Assembly: GCA_030770535.1 (NCBI GenBank)
Contig: JASVEC010000014.1
Span: 930,001 to 994,000 of the forward strand
Direction: 5' to 3'
DNA length: 64,000 nucleotides
Origin: Batkoa obscura
Lineage: Eukaryota
Part shown: one piece after another, positions 25,325 through 38,754 of the stretch
Position numbering within the stretch: the stretch's first letter is position 1
Layout of the letters: the number at the start of each line of letters is the position of its first letter
Notes under the pieces: generated by a model
What the model was told of the DNA's origin: nothing
The model's input: only the letters and a program-made list of their open reading frames with translations
Database searches by the model: none
Made by a program: the position numbers and the translations under genes

Positions 25325-28300
25325 TTATTTCTTTTTAATGGAGTTTTTTAATCCAGTTAAAGATAGAGCAATTAAATGAGCTGTACCAATCATTGGTTTT
25401 AATAATAATATAGGAGTAGCTTGTAATAAAGCATGAGTTGAAACTAAATTAGTTTCATTATGTTGCTGTAACTCTTGATTATTATGATTACCAATTATTA
25501 AATTATTATTATTTAAATTACGATTAAACGATTTTAATCCTAATTCAAATCCTAATTAAATAAATCATTATTAATATTGAATTCTCTTGTTTTAATAAAA
25601 AGATATTATAAGTATTACCTTCTTTCAATCCATTTGGTTGTTCATTTTGTTGTTGGTTTGTATTTTTAGCTCCTAATGCTGCTCCTGCTCCTTCCAGTAT
25701 TTGATGTACAGAATTGGCTATTGTAGATGAAAATCTCAAAGCTTCAAAGGTAGTTACTTTCAATAAATTGTATGTTCCTAATTTAACGCCTATAATAATA
25801 TTAATACTATTAAATAATATTAATATTAATTGTCATTTACCTTTTAATACTTTTCCTTCATTTTTGAATTGTTGTAAAGGTAACTGAATAAAATCTTTAA
25901 TTCCGTTAGATAAATTATAAATGGGCTGAATTTGTTTTAATCCACCAATCATTGTTGGTAATTGATGATTAATTATATTAGGTAACCAACAATTTAATAT
26001 ATTTTCAAATAATTGATCAATACCTTCAATCTAAAATAGAATAGAATTAATAATAGAATTGATAAACAATAATAAAATAATTATATTTAATTTCGATTCT
26101 ATAAATTAGCTAAAAAATAACATACCCCATTTAATTCAATATTTAATAACTTTAATTGAGCTTCTTTAAAAGAAAACAAATTTAATATTTCATAATATTG
26201 CCCATTTTTAAAATTCATTAAATCTATTGATTTGGGTTGGTAATCGATAATCAACTGAATTTCATTAATTTTGATATATTGAAAGTATATTTTATTTAAT
26301 AATTTTGTAGTTTCGTTATTATTATTATTATCCATACTATCTTCACTTACTCTACCTGTTTCATTAGAGATGGTTGAGTTATTTTCATTTTCAAATAATT
26401 GTATCAAGAACAAAATACTATTTTGATTAATAAATAATCGTAGTGGTAATAAATCCATCTAAAAAATTTGAAAAAAGTAAATTATCAATAACTATGGAAT
26501 AGGAAATAAATAATAACTTACACTAAATCTATACTCGACGTTTGAATCATTCAAACTAATACTAGTAAGTTCTAAATTGAATATATAATCTTTAAATCCC
26601 TTATTAAACGAAATGAATTTTTGATATTTATCTTTTTGGAAATGATCCAAAATATTGAATTCGTTTACTTCAATATTAAATTTTGATTGAATATCGCCCA
26701 TAATAAATTGAATATAATTTAATTTGAATTGATTTAGTTGAATTTCAATACATTCTTTTTGATCTATTTCATCAAAACAACTACCTTTAAAAAATTGAAT
26801 ATTCAAATTGAATTCTTTAACATTCAATTTCATAGAATAGTTGCAAACTAAATTATCCTCCATTTCATTAAGATTATGCTGTATTGTACTAAAATAATCT
26901 TCCACTAATTCAAACGGTTCAATGTCTAGTATTTTAACTTTTTCCATGCTATTCTTATTATTAATATTATCATAATTACAATTCTCATTTTCCCATTCTT
27001 CATCCGATTTGTCATTGAAGTTTAAATGATCAAAATAGTCCATATCAATATTTGTTGGTGATAATAACTCATTAAAATTAATTTCAATTTCAGTTTCATT
27101 TGTACTATAAGAGTTATTATTTCTTGTTTCAGGTCGAGGTGGTAAATTGGGTGGCATTTCAAATGCATGGTTATCTATTGTATCTAATATAACACGGGTT
27201 CATTATTTATTTTTAATAAAATTTGGTCTAACTTACCTAATATATTAAAATCTAAGTTGGCTTCTATTTGAATATCTGATTCTTTGATTTCATGGCTTCC
27301 ATCAATGAATCTAAATCAAATTAATACAAATAAATAAATAGTTTATATCCAATATTATAAATTACTCATTGTCATCATAATCACTGCTATTATTACTATT
27401 ACTATTATTGTTATCGTTATCACTATCATTGTGGTTATTATTATTGTTATTATTATTGAATTTTTGAGTTATTTTCTCCAACAATAAAGTTAATATTTGA
27501 ATGGAATCTTTATATAGCTGTATATCAAAGGATTGATTATCACATTGAATATCAATATGAGGTACTTCATTTCCGCTATTGATTATTTTAACTAATATAG
27601 AAAGGTAACTTAAATATCCAATTTGAATGAATCCTTGTTTCTAATTTAAGATATTAAAATAGTTAATACAGCTCTATTATTATGCTTATAACAGTATAAT
27701 GAATATTACCTTCCATAATTGAATACTTGATTGTTTTTTATTATTAAATTGACTTGAATACATAAATTTATGATTTTCTGCTTTACGGTATCTCAATGGT
27801 ATTTTTTCTTTTTGGATTAATAATTGATTATTGATCATGATTTTCATACTTTGGATTCCTGCTTTAATTTGGATTTCGGGGTTGGGATTAAATATTGTTG
27901 TTGATAACTAATAAAAAATGTTTGGTTTTATTATTATTATTGTGTATTAGTTATATATAAATTAATTACTTTAAATTGTTCAAATAAAAATGATAAATTT
28001 TCCTCTTCACTTTTAAACAAACATGTCAAATCATCAATATTAACCGATACTTTGGCTCTTATTAATGTATTACTAATTGGTGTTAACTAAATAATAAATA
28101 GATAATATGAATAGATAATATAAGTAATTAATGTAAATAATAAAATAAACTTACCCCTTTTTCATCTGGATTGCCAAAGGAAATGAAATCTACTAACCAT
28201 TGTTCATTATGATTCAAACTTAATTGTAATCCCTTTAGTGAAATATTAATGGAACTTTCTTTGATGTGACTTAATGGTGGTTCAAGTGATGAAAAAAATG

Positions 28301-31300
28301 TAATTGAAAAATTATTTTTAACCTAAAAAAAGGAGTAAATACTATATAATAATAATGATAATAAACTCACGTGATTTAAGAAAGTAGGAGAAATTATCGG
28401 GTTTTTTTGTTCCAAATCGTTAATTAAATAAAATTCGTCTGCTTCAATATGACAATACGTTTGATTCTAATAAAAATTCAATATTAATTAAAAATAATAA
28501 AAAATTGTATTAATTGAATTAAATAAAATTAGTTACCTTTCCTTGAAATTTACTACTTGAAAAAAATCGACATTCTGAAAAATTAATTGTATATGAATTA
28601 TCACATTCTCCTGTTTTGAAATCTAATTGAATATCCACTAAAAAAATAATTAATAAAATTTTAAATAATATTTAATAAACAATATTACAATGAGGCATAG
28701 CAACAATTAAACATAATAAGGAAGATAAATTTAAATTATTCCCTTCATTATCAAATTTTTCTTCAGTATTTGAAAATGTCGTTGATCTATATTTTGAAGC
28801 ATAATCTTCTTCAGCTGTAAAAAAAGAATTTGAATCCTCAAATTCTAATTCCATCTCTTTAAATTTTAAAAAATGAGGCTCATAAGAAGATATATCATTG
28901 ACTAAAAATTGATTTCTGTCATAATGTAATTTGTCAAATTTAATTAATATTGTTTGAAAATGAGTGGAGACAATAACTTTAGTAAAATTCAATACTTTTT
29001 GTTTAAACTCCATTACTTCTTCTTCATAACCTTTAAGTAATAATTTAACTTCCCCTTCAATAAATCCTTGAAATACTTTTGGAAATGGTACTGGTAATGC
29101 TGTTGATGGTGATAATGAAGTGTCAAAATAATTAGGATTCCGATTAATGATTATAGGTGAACTAATTCTTTCTGTTATATTTTCATTACTTAATAAAGTA
29201 ATATCTAAATTCGGTAAACCTAGTTTTTCATATCCTTCCATTGGAGAAATACTCAAAAAACAATAAATTTCATTTTCTTTTCTTAAATATAATGAAATAT
29301 CTAATAAATGATAATCAATTTTAAATGAAATCTCTTCTTTTTCTTCATTATTATTAATTATCTTTGGATAAATAATTCTTGGTTTTAAAATATCCATTAT
29401 CCAAAAATCTTGATGTATTCGTCCAATTCTATAAAACCATTAATATTAATGTTTAATTTAATTTATTAATATATAATAGAAACTTACTTATGATTTAATA
29501 AGATATCTTCCCCGAGTACAGTTGCTGGTGTAAATATAATTAAACGAACAAAATTGGATTTTAACTCAATTTCCCAATTTTTTTTCTTTTTAGGTGAATT
29601 ATTGTTTCTCATATCCAAGTCATTCATTATGTAAATATCATCAAATATGTTATTATTGGATGTATTAAAATTAATGTTGTTATATTTATCACTTTCCTCT
29701 TTACTAGGGTTATTTACAAAAAATGGCATCAGCATATGATAATAATACTCAAATCGATCAATCATTCTAGGATCAACACGTAAACATATAGGCTCTCCAT
29801 CAATAATGCATGTGTTTTTTAAATCTAATTTATTATTATTATTATAATTGTTGTTAAAGATTGAACTCATTTCGTATATAATAAATAATAAAACTTACTT
29901 AAAAATAGTTGAATCTTTAATTGAAATTTAACTTCATCAATATAGTCATCCGGATCAAAAGAGAAAGAGTTATTGTTAGAATCTAAACTATTTGAATATA
30001 AAGAAGGTATTCCAGAAGAAATTATATTGTCTTGATCCACATTAACCTTACCATCTTTTGTAACAACAGGTAATTTTATTAAATAATCTGTTGAACTTTG
30101 AAGTTCTTCATCAAAATATAGAATTGGTAGATAACTATCTTTTTGAAAACTGAATTGATTTTCTAATAGCTCAGCCTCATTTTCAAAATATGAAAGATAT
30201 TCGTCTATCATTAGCTTTTGGAAATTGAAATTTAATTGAATATCTTTTCTGTAACTCCCTTCATAAATACTTTCAATAGATACCATTGGTGGTCTTGGCA
30301 CACTAGCGAACTCAACTATAATTACTTCAGAAAATAATCTTAAGTGTGAATGTTTTGTTGCTTCGAATTCAGCTTCAAAACTTTGAGGTAAATAAAACAA
30401 TTGAATGTTAATCTTTTTAATTTCCATAAATACTTTTAAATAAATATCCTCGACTTCTTCTTTATTTTCTTTCTCGTTATTCTTAACTCCATTTTTATTA
30501 ATAATTTCATTTATATTATCAATAAAACATAATATTTCCTTAGCCTGCTTGGGTGATATTAATAATTCCATACTATTTAATTCCATTTCTAAAGTACAAT
30601 TGTTGAATTTTTTTGCAAATAGTGATGACGTCCTTTCACTCTCTTTGTCTGATAATCCAATTAACTTAAGTAAAACACCTTCGCCTTTTAATAGAAGGTC
30701 TGAATTGAAAAATAGTTTTAGTTCGTTGACTTCAAACACTCTAGCAATAGGATTCTTATCAATATCATTTGCTGCTAATAATAAATCTTCATTGCATATT
30801 AAACTGTCTACTTTTAGTACTATTTTATTATTATTGTTTGGTAGCTTGATACTTATTTGGACATCATAAATACAAACTTTTAACATTTTAACTATACTCT
30901 CAATCCAACCACTTATCATGGATGCTTTTTCAGCGCTATCTTTAACCTCTGGTATATCTGGTATCTCATCACCTTGTTCAACAATAAAACTATTTGCCAT
31001 AAATAAACTCGATTCCCCGATACTGGACTTTAAATCAAATTCTTCTTTTAAAATTAACAATTGACTTAAAAAAGTTATTGGAATTTTACCTTTTATTATC
31101 GTTTCTACTTGTTGTAATTCCAACTCAACGTTTAGACCAGATAAAATTACACAACTAGGTTGGGCAATTGCACGCCAAGGAATCGATAATTCCAATTTAT
31201 CAATCTTTCCACTTAAAAACTTAAAGGGTAGGTTTGGTAATAGTTCATTAATAGCCTAAAGACAGTTATATTAAATATAAAAAAGACGAAATATTTACTT

Positions 31301-31484
31301 TTGGATCAATTTCCAATTGAAATAATTTAAACTTTGAATCATTTCTATCTAATTGAAAATCCTGATCTTTAATATCATTTAGTAAAAAGGAACCCAAAAC
31401 CCATTTTAAAATGTAGCTGCTTAATCTCTTATGTAGACTTTCACCTCCCATTAACCCGGTTATATAATCGCTGATCCCTTGCAT
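25325..31484 (-). CDS. ATG2: Autophagy lipid-transfer protein Atg2, multi-exon
   Basis: Chorein-N-like start (KRLSSYILKWVLGSFL...LSIPWR) and IYFQ...IDYQPKSIDL...EILNLF. C-terminal WLPNI...QPIYNL...DFIQLP...TFEAL...QILEGA...NEQPNGLKEG...KPMIGT...LTGLKNSI matches the ATG2 C-terminus. Confidence 0.9.
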
Positions 31485-32477
31485 TTCTTTTCTTTAAAAA
31501 TTGCTTAGTTTTAGATTATTTTACAAAAAAATCAAGATAACTTTTTTACCCAATTCTGTGACTGCTGGTTTAATCAATACAAATTTGTGCAAAATGATAT
31601 CTAATTTTAGTCAGTTTTGTAAATTATAAGCTCAAATATATAATAGTTAACAATAATTTGTATAATTTATAAAATATTTTGTTGTGCTAATTAAAAGCTG
31701 TCATAAATTTTAAATTTTAAATGGATAGTTAATTATTGTACACTTGAACTTAAACTATGTTAGTTTAAATTGATTATGCTAATTGGGCTATTGATTTTCA
31801 CTGTTACATTCTAGTTTAAGATTTATGCTTTAATTTTAAAAACTTTTTATTATTTCAAATTGTTTCAATTAAATAAAAATATATATGAATTTGTATTTTA
31901 GAATATTGGCTATTAAAAACAAATGAACCGCTATTAATAAAACGAACAAGAATTAGACCAGCATGGGACCAATATCATATTGGAGAATGAAAAAGTGATG
32001 TAATAATGTCTGCTTGTACTAGGTGTAAAGGAAAAAGACTAACATGTACAAAGGATTGAAAGAGCAAGCGAAAACCACGTATGCATAACAACCAAGTCTT
32101 TCATTCACAATCCTTTTTACCATCTCAATCAAGCAAAAGGAAAAGGAAAGAAAAAGTGGAGTGTACTTTACTTAAGAGTCAACAATATCTTAATCCGTAT
32201 AATATATATATAAGTGGGCATCGACCTGATTCTAACGCTTCTGTTGTCTCTGCTTTTCCATTTAAAATGTTTCATTGTTCTATTGTAATTGGCTAAAACT
32301 CTTATTTTTTTATAAAATCACTTCAAGCCAGTGCCTTGATAAGTTTTTTAGTGACTTGCCGTTATTTAATTTAATATGTACTACAATCAAAAAGAATATT
32401 GATATTTATAATATCATGTCACAACTATTAACTCTTATTTTCAAAGGATTGATTTATTATTGCCATTATTTACATAT

Positions 32478-32573
32478 GAGGGTATATTTCTGTATTTAAA
32501 GATTTTACTAATAGTTTTTCTACTCGAATGGTGTTTAGAGATAGAAAAAATAACGAAATAGAAAAACATCCCT
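32478..32573 (+). mobile_element. MITE copy 10, at a deletion junction in the pseudogene
   Basis: Consensus match with mismatched flanks ATAT/ATTT. Confidence 0.8.
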
Positions 32574-33122
32574 ATTTGATATCCATGGCTTGTAGAAAAA
32601 GGATCAAAAAAAGTCAGTGTCAAATAAAAAAAACCAATCAAAATAGCAAGGCAATTAATGTCGTTAGCCTAATCTATCTATCATAAATGTACTAAGTTTT
32701 TTTAAACATCTTTTTGATTCCTTATCGCATATTAGGCCTTTAAATATCAATAATTCAAAAGTAATAAAAGTAATTTATCAGTAAGCTCATTAGATAGTAA
32801 CACTGAAATCCCAATCCATAAACTTGTATTGATTAAGAAATACATTTTCAGTAAAGGGTTATGCAACTATATCGATATACTTATTATGTTAAAATCGTTC
32901 GTTATTCCAGTTGGGTACTTTTATATAATGTACAATATTTAGCATTTCATAGTCATAAAGGAGATTTGCTCTTCAAATATATAACAGGCATAAAACCAAA
33001 AGATATGCATCTATTGGAAACTAATACTTAATCTTTTGTCCTCCATAATCCCAATTTAAAACCCAAACATTATTCCTTAATTAGATATTTTGCCTTTTTG
33101 TTAACTATTGACAGTATCATTT

Positions 33123-33218
33123 GAGGATGCGTTTTTATGTTTAAGAGTTCTACCAACAGTCTTTCCACTCAAATAGTGCTTAAAAGATGGAAAAAGCAAT
33201 TAAACTAAAAACATCCCC
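33123..33218 (+). mobile_element. MITE copy 11
   Basis: GAGGATG...ACATCCCC, flanks ATTT/ATTC. Confidence 0.8.
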
Positions 33219-34110
33219 ATTCCTTATTTTAAATCGATAGCCAATGCTAATGTTTTATTTGATCAAACACTGGTCCAACTTATTCGATTATCTAAAAATA
33301 ATAGCATAAAGTTACTATTCGTCATTAGTATTATAATACAAACTGCTACCAAGAAATAAAATCGACAAAAGTTTATTTTTGTTCAAAAATTTTAATTCTT
33401 GTATACTAAATTCAAAGTTGCTTACAGATTGTACAAAATAGTAAAAAGAGGATATTTCAAAATAAATTATAAAATATATTAAAACTATTAAACAAGTGTC
33501 ATTGTAGTAATAGATTGTTTGATATAAACTATTTTCTAACTTGATGAATTTTGAAGTAAAAATTTAGAAATTCTATTGAATTAATTTCAAATCAAACAAA
33601 ATAGTGATTATCTTTTAGTGTTGTTCTTTTAATTGCAAGTCGCACAGAAGTTAATAATGGAACAAATTTCTGGTTTCGATTGTTCCATAATAATTTCTTT
33701 CACCAATTTTTTTGAATTCTACCTACTATTTGACTTTGTTCCACCTTAACGACTTCTACCCTTACATGTTATATTAGATTAATAAAATATAAAGTCCTTT
33801 GGGTTTTGAATTTAAAAATAATAATGGAATACTGAGCCTAAAATTTACTCTAATCAATGTTAATTATGTAATACGTATGAATTTTTCAAATGATATTTGA
33901 TCACAATTGAAGCGTCGTTTAACCCCTTGAGCGCCGTCAGCTTTTATAAAAACTGCTACAGTTAACCCTTTAAAGCAAATTTATTCTAAGTAGCCTTTAA
34001 CCAATAAAGCTTAGAAATTGATTTGGTTAGCTTAACTTTTTGAACTTTATTGGTTAAATGCCATCTTTAAGTACAACGAAAATATCCTCCTTAATCGCTT
34101 AATAGTATAT

Positions 34111-34202
34111 AGGAATATGTTTTTTTGTTTAAGAACTTTACTGATCTTTCTGTTCAAATAGCGCTTAAAAAATTAAAAAAAACAATGAAAAAAAACATCA
34201 CC
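34111..34202 (+). mobile_element. MITE copy 12 (degenerate)
   Basis: Core CAAATAGCGCTTAAAA, ATAT flanks. Confidence 0.75.
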
Positions 34203-34289
34203 ATATAGTTTTTTACAGTTGTTTACATCAGGAATATTTGTAAGAATATCAGCCAAACCTTATCTTTATAGACATTTACAATCAATATC

Positions 34290-35953
34290 GAAAGAATCCA
34301 TTTTGACTAAAACATAATTAGAGTAGTATGTGGCCAATATTATAAATCAAAAAAGTAACGTAACTTGTTAATACCAACTTGTAGTTGTAAAAAAAGGGCT
34401 AACATGTACTGGGGAACAAAAAGCGAGAAAAAGGTCAGTAATGTGTGATAATGAAGCTTTTCATTCCAAATTATTTTTATTATTCTAAACAAATAAAGAG
34501 GAAACCAGAAAATATTAAAGGTGATCCTATTTTAAGACTTATACAGATGGAAAGTGATTTGATTCTAATGCTACAATTAGCTTTGCTTTTCCGATCAAAA
34601 CATTTCATTTTCCGATTATTTGTACTAAAGATTCTTGTTTTTTTATAGAGTAACTCTAACCCGATACTCTAATTCATTTTTTAGTCAAATCCCATTATTG
34701 AAGTCAACAAACACTGTTATAGATCAAAGTATTAATGTTTACACTATCATATTACGAGTTATTTGTATTGTTTTGAAAGAGTCAATGTATTATTACTAGT
34801 ATTTGATTATAACCAATTTATGAATAAGAAAAGAGATATTGTATTGATTTATTCCATGATGTTAGTTACTTTGAACTACATTGATAGTAACAAAAGTTTA
34901 CCAAGTTTGAGGACATTCTTAAAAGATAAATTATTAAAGCATTCTCGATAAAGTCAACTAAAGACTAATTTAAGCACTATCTACTCAATGATTGTACTGG
35001 TGAATCGAGTAAGAGGGATAAGTTTAGCATTATCATATGATTATTATTCCAATTTACATAACTACTGCATATTGTTAGACTTGGATATAAATTATAGAAG
35101 TGACAATAAATGAAAGTTGTGTTGTTTAGTAGCAATGATTTTACTGTCAATCAACAACCCTTGTTCTACAATATTGTTTGGTATTTACAGTTTTTGGAAA
35201 AGAGACGAAATAGTTCCAGAGCTGAATACGGATAAGCTATTTGAAATGTCAATGGTATCAGTGGTATCAATATTGTCAATATATCCGAATTATTGGTATA
35301 GTTGTAGAATAACTTGTAACCACTTTTGATTCAGTAGTGAATATCACTATACTAAATATAAGTAACTCGAAAGCACTGAAAATCAGTTGATTGTTAGAAA
35401 ATGTGTTGTATTCTATTACTAAAAAGATAATATCTAAATACGAAGTGACCAAAGAAGACATTCTAAATAAAGTATTAAATGAAACTATTAATACCACTAT
35501 TAATCATATTGAAACAATACATTATTCTATTTGGACAATTTTATATCATGTTAAAGGTTTAGTATCCTCTAGTAGTAAAGATTGTTTACTTTTAGGATAT
35601 AAGATTATTGAGAAACTAAAAGATATTTGTCTTTTACAAAATGATAGCCAGCGTTTGATTGTTCATAATTTTTAGTTCAAACTTCAAATGTTATTCTTTG
35701 ATTTAATATTTTGGGTATTTATTGATATTTGATAATACTTTTACTTTTATTCATTCAAAATAGTTTGATAGTAGCTATGATTTATTTGATCAGATATTGG
35801 ACTAACTTGGTAAGCTGTCCAAAGACAACAAGATGTTTTTACTATCTGTTATTGATTTTACAATACAAACTGATATCAAGAAATAGAATTAAAATAGGCT
35901 TGCTCTTACTTAATGATCATATTATCTTTATGATTTTAAGCTGCTAAAAAATG
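34290..35953 (+). pseudogene. Zn2Cys6 TF family pseudogene (copy 4)
   Basis: Carries the same broken ORF fragments as 12513-14180 in the opposite orientation. Confidence 0.9.
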
Positions 35954-36375
35954 AGCAAACTACTAGAATTTTTTTATAAATTATTGGTAAATATAAGGAT
36001 GACATTGAAATAGTATTACTACCATTAAAAGCACTCAGTTAATTAAGTTCAAGATCTTACAAAATTTTAATGAATTGTTTATTTTATTTTGTTTAACTAC
36101 ATTAATTTTATTTGAGAATTTTCAATAATGAAAAGTTAATATTGTTAGTGCTTATCTTTAGTAAAACTTGTAAAAATAAAACTTGTAAATAAAACTGGAA
36201 AGTCGAGTCTTATTTGTGATCTTTCCCTTATTTCTATTCTAGTTAGAATTAGGGGGTTAACTATTTTGAAAACATACTAAATCAATATTTAAATTGCAAT
36301 AAAATCTTTTTTACACCCCTTTTATTGCTTAAATTGTATCTTTTAAATAAACGCTTTGAATATCTATAACTAAAG

Positions 36376-37998
36376 ATGAATGAACTATTATTGATAAAAC
36401 AAATTAGAGTTAGGCAAGCATGTGACCAATGTTATAAAAGAAAACGACGATGCGATTTATCAATACCCACTTGTAGTGAATGTATAGAAAAGGTACTAGT
36501 ATGTACAAGGGAACGAAAAACCAAAAGAAAGCCAATTATGTGTGATAATGAAGCTTTTCATTCACAAACATTTTTGTTATCTCAGTCAAACAAAACAAGA
36601 AAGGAGAAAAAACCAGATAGTATAATAATTCTACTTTATAAATATTTAAATAAATTCAAAATATCTGCTGGTGGCAGTCGGTTTAATTCTAGTGTCTCGA
36701 TTGCCTCTATCTTTCCCATTAAAATGTTTCATTCTCCTATTATATTTGATCAAGGTTTCTATTCCTTTTATAAAGTTGCTCCAAATCAATTCCTTGATTT
36801 ATTTTTCAGTAAAATGCCATTAGTTGAGCCAAAAGATAATATAGTTAAAAAGAATATCAGTATTCATAATACTATGCAACAACTTGTAGCTATTTATTTT
36901 GAAAGGATCAATATATTATTGCCACTATTCACATATAATCAATTTATAAGTAAGAAGAGAGATATGATATTAATCTATTCTATGTTGTTAGTCGCTATAA
37001 CTCAAAACAATGATAGTGGAAATTTATCAGAATTGAAGGTGCTTTTAAAGGATAAAATGACTCATTATTTCCAGCCAAGTCGATTAAAGGTTAACTTAAG
37101 CAGTATTCAATCAATGGTCATTTTATTGAATGGATTAAAAGGTAGCAGCTCAGCGCTACCATCTTACTATTTTTCAAACTTACATAATCATTGTATGCTA
37201 TTAGGCCTACATATGAATCATAAAAATAATACCGAACGAAAACTATGTTATTCAGCAGCTTTATATATTCTTTCTGTAGACGACCCTTATCCTAATTTGT
37301 TATTTGATACTCATGATTTATGGAAAAAAAGTAAGATAACACCAGAGTTTAATAAGAATGAATCAATTGAAGTAACAATGGAGTCTATAACACTAACATA
37401 TTCAAATTACTGCTATGATTGTGGATTATTTTATAGGCATTTTTTTGATATCATGTTACACATCGATACATTAAAGTTAAGTAATACAAAGGTATTGAAA
37501 ATCAGTCATCTATTGAAAAAGTTATTGGTTTCTATCACTGAAAAAGTAATGAGTAGATTGGAAGCTATTAAACAAGCCAATTCAAACAAAGTATTAAATG
37601 GCATCATCAATATACTTGTTGATCATATTAAAATAGTTAGTCATTCTGATTGGGTTGGCCTATATAGTGTTAAGTGGTCTGCTTTAGGGAGAGATAAGGA
37701 AAGCTTATTTACTCAATATGCAGTAAATGAGAAACCAAAAGATTTTACTACCTGGGAAAGCATTATTCAATCCTTTATTCTTCATAATTCTAGACTAGAA
37801 TCGAAATATTATTCCTCTGTTCGATTTTTTGCTCTTTTGCTGATTATCAATAGTGTCTTTGCTTACTCGAGATGGATAACTAATGCCTCCAGTTTAATTG
37901 ACCAGTTATTAAATCAATTTAATAGTTTATCTAAAAATGTTAACACGAAGCTAGTACCTGTTATAGAGCTTGTAGTACAAACCATTAATAAGAAATAA
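36376..37998 (+). CDS. Zn2Cys6 TF family copy 5 (540 aa, intronless)
   Basis: CDQCYKRKRRCDLSIPTCSECIEKVLVC; colinear with the other copies. Confidence 0.9.
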   Translation: MNELLLIKQIRVRQACDQCYKRKRRCDLSIPTCSECIEKVLVCTRERKTKRKPIMCDNEAFHSQTFLLSQSNKTRKEKKPDSIIILLYKYLNKFKISAGGSRFNSSVSIASIFPIKMFHSPIIFDQGFYSFYKVAPNQFLDLFFSKMPLVEPKDNIVKKNISIHNTMQQLVAIYFERINILLPLFTYNQFISKKRDMILIYSMLLVAITQNNDSGNLSELKVLLKDKMTHYFQPSRLKVNLSSIQSMVILLNGLKGSSSALPSYYFSNLHNHCMLLGLHMNHKNNTERKLCYSAALYILSVDDPYPNLLFDTHDLWKKSKITPEFNKNESIEVTMESITLTYSNYCYDCGLFYRHFFDIMLHIDTLKLSNTKVLKISHLLKKLLVSITEKVMSRLEAIKQANSNKVLNGIINILVDHIKIVSHSDWVGLYSVKWSALGRDKESLFTQYAVNEKPKDFTTWESIIQSFILHNSRLESKYYSSVRFFALLLIINSVFAYSRWITNASSLIDQLLNQFNSLSKNVNTKLVPVIELVVQTINKK

Positions 37999-38754
37999 AT
38001 TTACATAAAAGCATGCTTTTAGTAAAAATTTAATCAACTCTCTTTGGTGTTTATGCTGCTCAACAAGCCAAAAAAACAAACAAAAGCGATGTTCTTAAAA
38101 ATGAAATTAGTTTGGTACTGAAATTATTGGTACAGTAATAGAGTGTTCAATATTATTAAGTTTAGAAAGTTGACTATAATCGAAACTGCACTTTTATATC
38201 TTATTAGCCAAAGCTTACTAGTTTTTACTATCGAATTCAAAATAGAGCAAAAAGGAGGTATCAAACTAGCTAAAATTTGTTAGAATAAAAAATGTTTTTT
38301 GAAGTATGAGTATAAAGTAAAAGTATAAAGCTTCAATGTTAATTATATATATTTGAAGTGAGAGAATATTAACAGTTGTTAAATACGAAAAGTTTTTGGT
38401 TTATTAGTATAATCTTAAAAGCAAGAAAAGGAATACATACATTTTAAGTAATAATTGCTATATTTAAGAATTCAAAGGTTTAATTTCAAGGACTCAATAG
38501 CTATGACTTATTAAAACAATTGGTTACAAAATTAATCATGCTTACTTAATTTCGAATTTACAAAAATTCAAGTTTAAAAAACCGAATGCAATTTAAGATT
38601 TTGCCCATCTCGATTAAACTAATTTAAGTTAGGGATACATATCACTATATAGCTACACTAAACATACATTAAGAGTTCGATATATTTTTCCTTTTTGGAA
38701 GTTGTAAAATAAAGTACAAATTCAAATTTGCCTTTTGACTATCTATAATTAAAA

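Larger units (their letters stand above)
31919..33359 (+). pseudogene. Zn2Cys6 TF family pseudogene (copy 3) with two MITE insertions and an internal deletion
   Basis: NEPLLIKRTRIRPAWDQYH (Cys lost), MHNNQVFHSQSFL and FPFKMFH. Stops and frameshifts; ends ...QTATKK*. Confidence 0.88.

Noticed and set aside
33919..36260. piggyBac-like element (TTAA-CCCC...GGGGG-TTAA) carrying the duplicated pseudogene
   Set aside because: Only ~5 bp of terminal match, and the duplicated tract ends well inside these positions.
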